A DNA stretch of 64,000 nucleotides from the human T2T-CHM13v2.0 reference genome, Homo sapiens, in assembly GCF_009914755.1 (NCBI RefSeq), contig NC_060925.1; one strand, written 5' to 3'. The position numbers were made by a program, and so were the translations under genes. Positions 61,211-64,000 of this stretch are shown one piece after another. Every line of letters starts with the position of its first letter. Within the stretch, counting starts at the first letter, position 1. A model generated the notes under the pieces. The model had not been told where the DNA came from and made no database searches. It saw only the letters and a list, made by a program, of their open reading frames with translations.

Positions 61211-63093
61211 CAGGCATACCTCATTTTATTGCACTTCACTTGTTTGTGCTTCACAGATAGTACACTTTTACAATGCAAAGTTGGTGACAACCCTGTATCA
61301 AGCAAGGCTATCAATGTCATTTTTCCAACAGCATGTGCCCACTTTGTGTCTTCATGTCAAATTTTGATATTCTCAGAATATTTCCAACTTTTTCATTATT
61401 ATTACCTGTTAAGATGATCTGTGATCAGTGATCTTTGATGTTACTATTGTAATTCTTTCAGGACCACCACAAACCATTCCCGTATAAAATAGCAAACTTA
61501 ACACATTTTGTGTGTGTTCTGACTGCTCCACTTTCTAGCCATTCCCTTCTCCTCTCTCCTTCTCCTCTGGCCTCCCTATTCCCTGAGACACAACAATATT
61601 GAAATTAGGCTGGTTAATAACCCTACAATTGCCTCTAAGTGTTAAAGTAAAAGGAAGAGTCACACATCTCTCACTTTAAATCAAAAGCTAGACATGATTA
61701 AGCTTAGCGAGGAAGGCAAGTCAAAAAGTGAGATAGGCTGACAGCTAGGCCTCTTGCACCAGTTAGCCAAGTTGTAAATGCAAAAGAAAAGCTTGTGAAG
61801 GAAGTGCTATTCCAGGGAACACACGAATGTTACAAAAGCAAAATAGCCTTATTGCTGATATAGGAAACATTTTAGTGATCTAAATAAGAAATCAACTCCA
61901 ACATTCCCTTGAGCCAAAGCCTAATCTAGAACATGGCCCTAACTCTCTTCAATTCTACGAAGGTTGAGAGAGGTAAGAAAACTGCAGAAAAGTTCAAAAC
62001 TAGCAGAGGTTGGTTCATGTGGTTTAAGGAAAAAGCCATCTCTGTAACATAAAAGTACAAGGTGAAACAGCAAATGCTAATGGAGAAGCTGTAGCAAGTT
62101 ACTCAGAAAATCTAGCTAAGATCATTGATAAAGGTGGCTACACCAAATAACAGATTTTCAATGTAGATAAAACAGTCTTCTATTGAAAAAAGATGCCATC
62201 TAGGACTTTCCTAGCTAGAGAAGAGATGTCAATGTCTGGCATCAAAGCTTCTCAGGACAGGTTGGCTCTCTTATTAGAGGCCAGTGCAGCTGGTATCTTT
62301 AAGTTGAAGCCAATGCTCATTTATCATCCAAAAAATCCTAAGGCCTTAAAATTTATGTTACATCTACTCTGCCTGTGCTCTATAAATGGAAAAACAAAGC
62401 CTAAAGGACAACAGATCTGTTTATAGTGTGGGTTACTGAATATTTTAAGCCCACTGTTAAGACCTACTGCTCAGAAAGAAAAAAAAAAACTCTCTTTCAA
62501 AGTATTACTCTCATTGACAATGCATGTAGTCACCCCAGAGCTCTGATGGAGATGTACAAGAAGATGAGCGCTGATTTCATGTCTGCTAATACAACATCCA
62601 GTCTGCAGTCCATGGAGTAAGGGATAATTTTGATTTCAAGTCTTACTAATTAAGAAATACATTTTATGAGGCTATAGCTGCCATCTCTCCAAATTTTTTT
62701 TAAAAGTTCTTCTGTGGGTAAAATGCTATCAAATAATATAACATGCTACAGAGAAATCTTTCATGAAAGGAAGAGTCAACCAATGCAGTAAACATTCTGG
62801 TCTCCCTATAAGAAATTGCCACAGTCACCCCACCCTTCAACAACCACCACTCTGGTCAGTCAGCAGCCATCAACATTGAGGCAAGACCCTCCCCACAAGC
62901 AAAGATTACAACTTGCTGAAACCTCAGATGATCATTAGCCTTTTTTAGACATAATGCTATTGCACACTTAATAGACTACCAGATAGTCTAAACATAACTG
63001 AAAACCAAACAATTCGTGTGTCTTGCGTTAATGAGATCTAGTTTTATTGTAGTGGTCTGGTTCCGAATCTACCATATCTCCAATGTGTGTCTG
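61211..63093 (+). mobile_element. Tigger1 (TcMar/pogo) DNA transposon, internally deleted, transposase inactivated
   Basis: 5' TIR CAGGCATACCTC, degenerate 3' TIR ...gtgtgtctg, TA on both sides. ORF remnants [26 protein letters not shown] and LIDNACSHP. Confidence 0.93.
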
Positions 63094-63319
63094 TATCTGA
63101 AACATTAAAAAGTGAGGGAAAACCGTTTTCTGTGTAGTTCCCTCTGCTTTGGTACCCTGCTCTGAAAATTCCAGCCAGCTCAGCTTCCCTAACTTTTGAT
63201 CTCTTTCTCTCTTCAATTCAGTGAAACTTCTGTGCTTTGTCTGTGCTCTTTGCTGAGAAGGATCATACCAATATCCACTATTCTTTATTTTTATTTATTT
63301 TAGTGGATATTCACTATCC

Positions 63320-63484
63320 TTTTTTTTTTTTTTTTTGAGACAGAGTCTCACTCTGTCACCCGGGCTAGAGTGCAGTGGTGCGATCTCTTCTCACTGCAAC
63401 CTTCGCTTCCCGGGTTCAAGTGATTTTCCTGCCTCAGTCTCCTGAGTAGCTGGGATTACAGGCATCTGCCACCATGCCCAGCTA
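63320..63484 (-). mobile_element. 5'-truncated Alu (right monomer)
   Basis: T run plus right arm only. Confidence 0.88.
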
Positions 63485-63489
63485 CTATT

Positions 63490-63823
63490 ATTCTTTATTT
63501 TTATTTATTTATTTATTTATTTATCTATGTATTTTTTTGAGACAGGGTCTGCTCTGTCACCCAGGCTGGAGTGCAGTGGTGCAATCTCAGTTCACAGCAA
63601 CCTCTGCCCCCCTGGGCTCAAATGATCCTTCTTCCTCAGCCTCTCAATTAGCTAGGATCACAGGCACACACCACCATGCCCGTATAATTTTTGTATTTTG
63701 TTTGGTGGAGACAGGGTTTCAACATGTTGCCCAGGCTGATCTTGAACTACTAAGCTTAAGCAATCCACCCACCTCGGCCTCTCAAACTGCCGGGATTATA
63801 GGCGTGAGCCACTGCTCCTGGCC
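63490..63823 (-). mobile_element. AluJ with (TTTA)n tail
   Basis: gggctcaaatgatcc and taagcttaagcaatcc AluJ-type positions. Confidence 0.9.
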
Positions 63824-64000
63824 AACCATTATTCATTTTCTACCACATTTGTACAATTTTTTTGGTACATTTCCTTATGATGTTATTTCCTATGCATCTG
63901 ATTTTTTTTTAAAATATGATATTAGTATATGTACAAATGTTTACCTTCTGATGTTTTCATGTAACATATTATAAACACCCCCTCACTGCTATATAGTTTT

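Noticed and set aside
62193-62620. Possible domesticated Tigger transposase
   Set aside because: Fragmented by stops and frameshifts within an internally deleted Tigger1.

Overview
Primate (human-like) genomic DNA containing the 5' end of PLPP3 (PPAP2B, lipid phosphate phosphatase 3) on the minus strand. The coding part of exon 1 is 37756-37894, inside a CpG island. Everything left of it (1-37755) is intron 1, and I found no exon 2. The right-hand ~25 kb is upstream DNA rich in transposons: Alus, L1PA/L1M, L2, MIR, MaLR LTRs, MER1A, MER58, Tigger1, plus an interrupted RPL23A processed pseudogene. Almost all other ORFs in the track are repeat-derived or chance frames. I cannot support a new protein-coding system. 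The notable unexplained signals are structural: (1) locally templated inverted copies (a perfect 47-bp inverted repeat at 45892/46440, and a 77-bp-plus-tail inverted copy of 58804-58880 inside an L1 at 55441); (2) an old local duplication whose two copies each received a different Alu at nearly the same site; (3) a foreign 195-bp insert splitting the RPL23A pseudogene; (4) a double hairpin upstream of the PLPP3 promoter; (5) poly(A)-only inserts flanked by target-site duplications (TSDs); (6) an AUG-free leader that stays in frame with PLPP3 for 73 codons. Repeat boundaries and subfamily calls are by eye and approximate.
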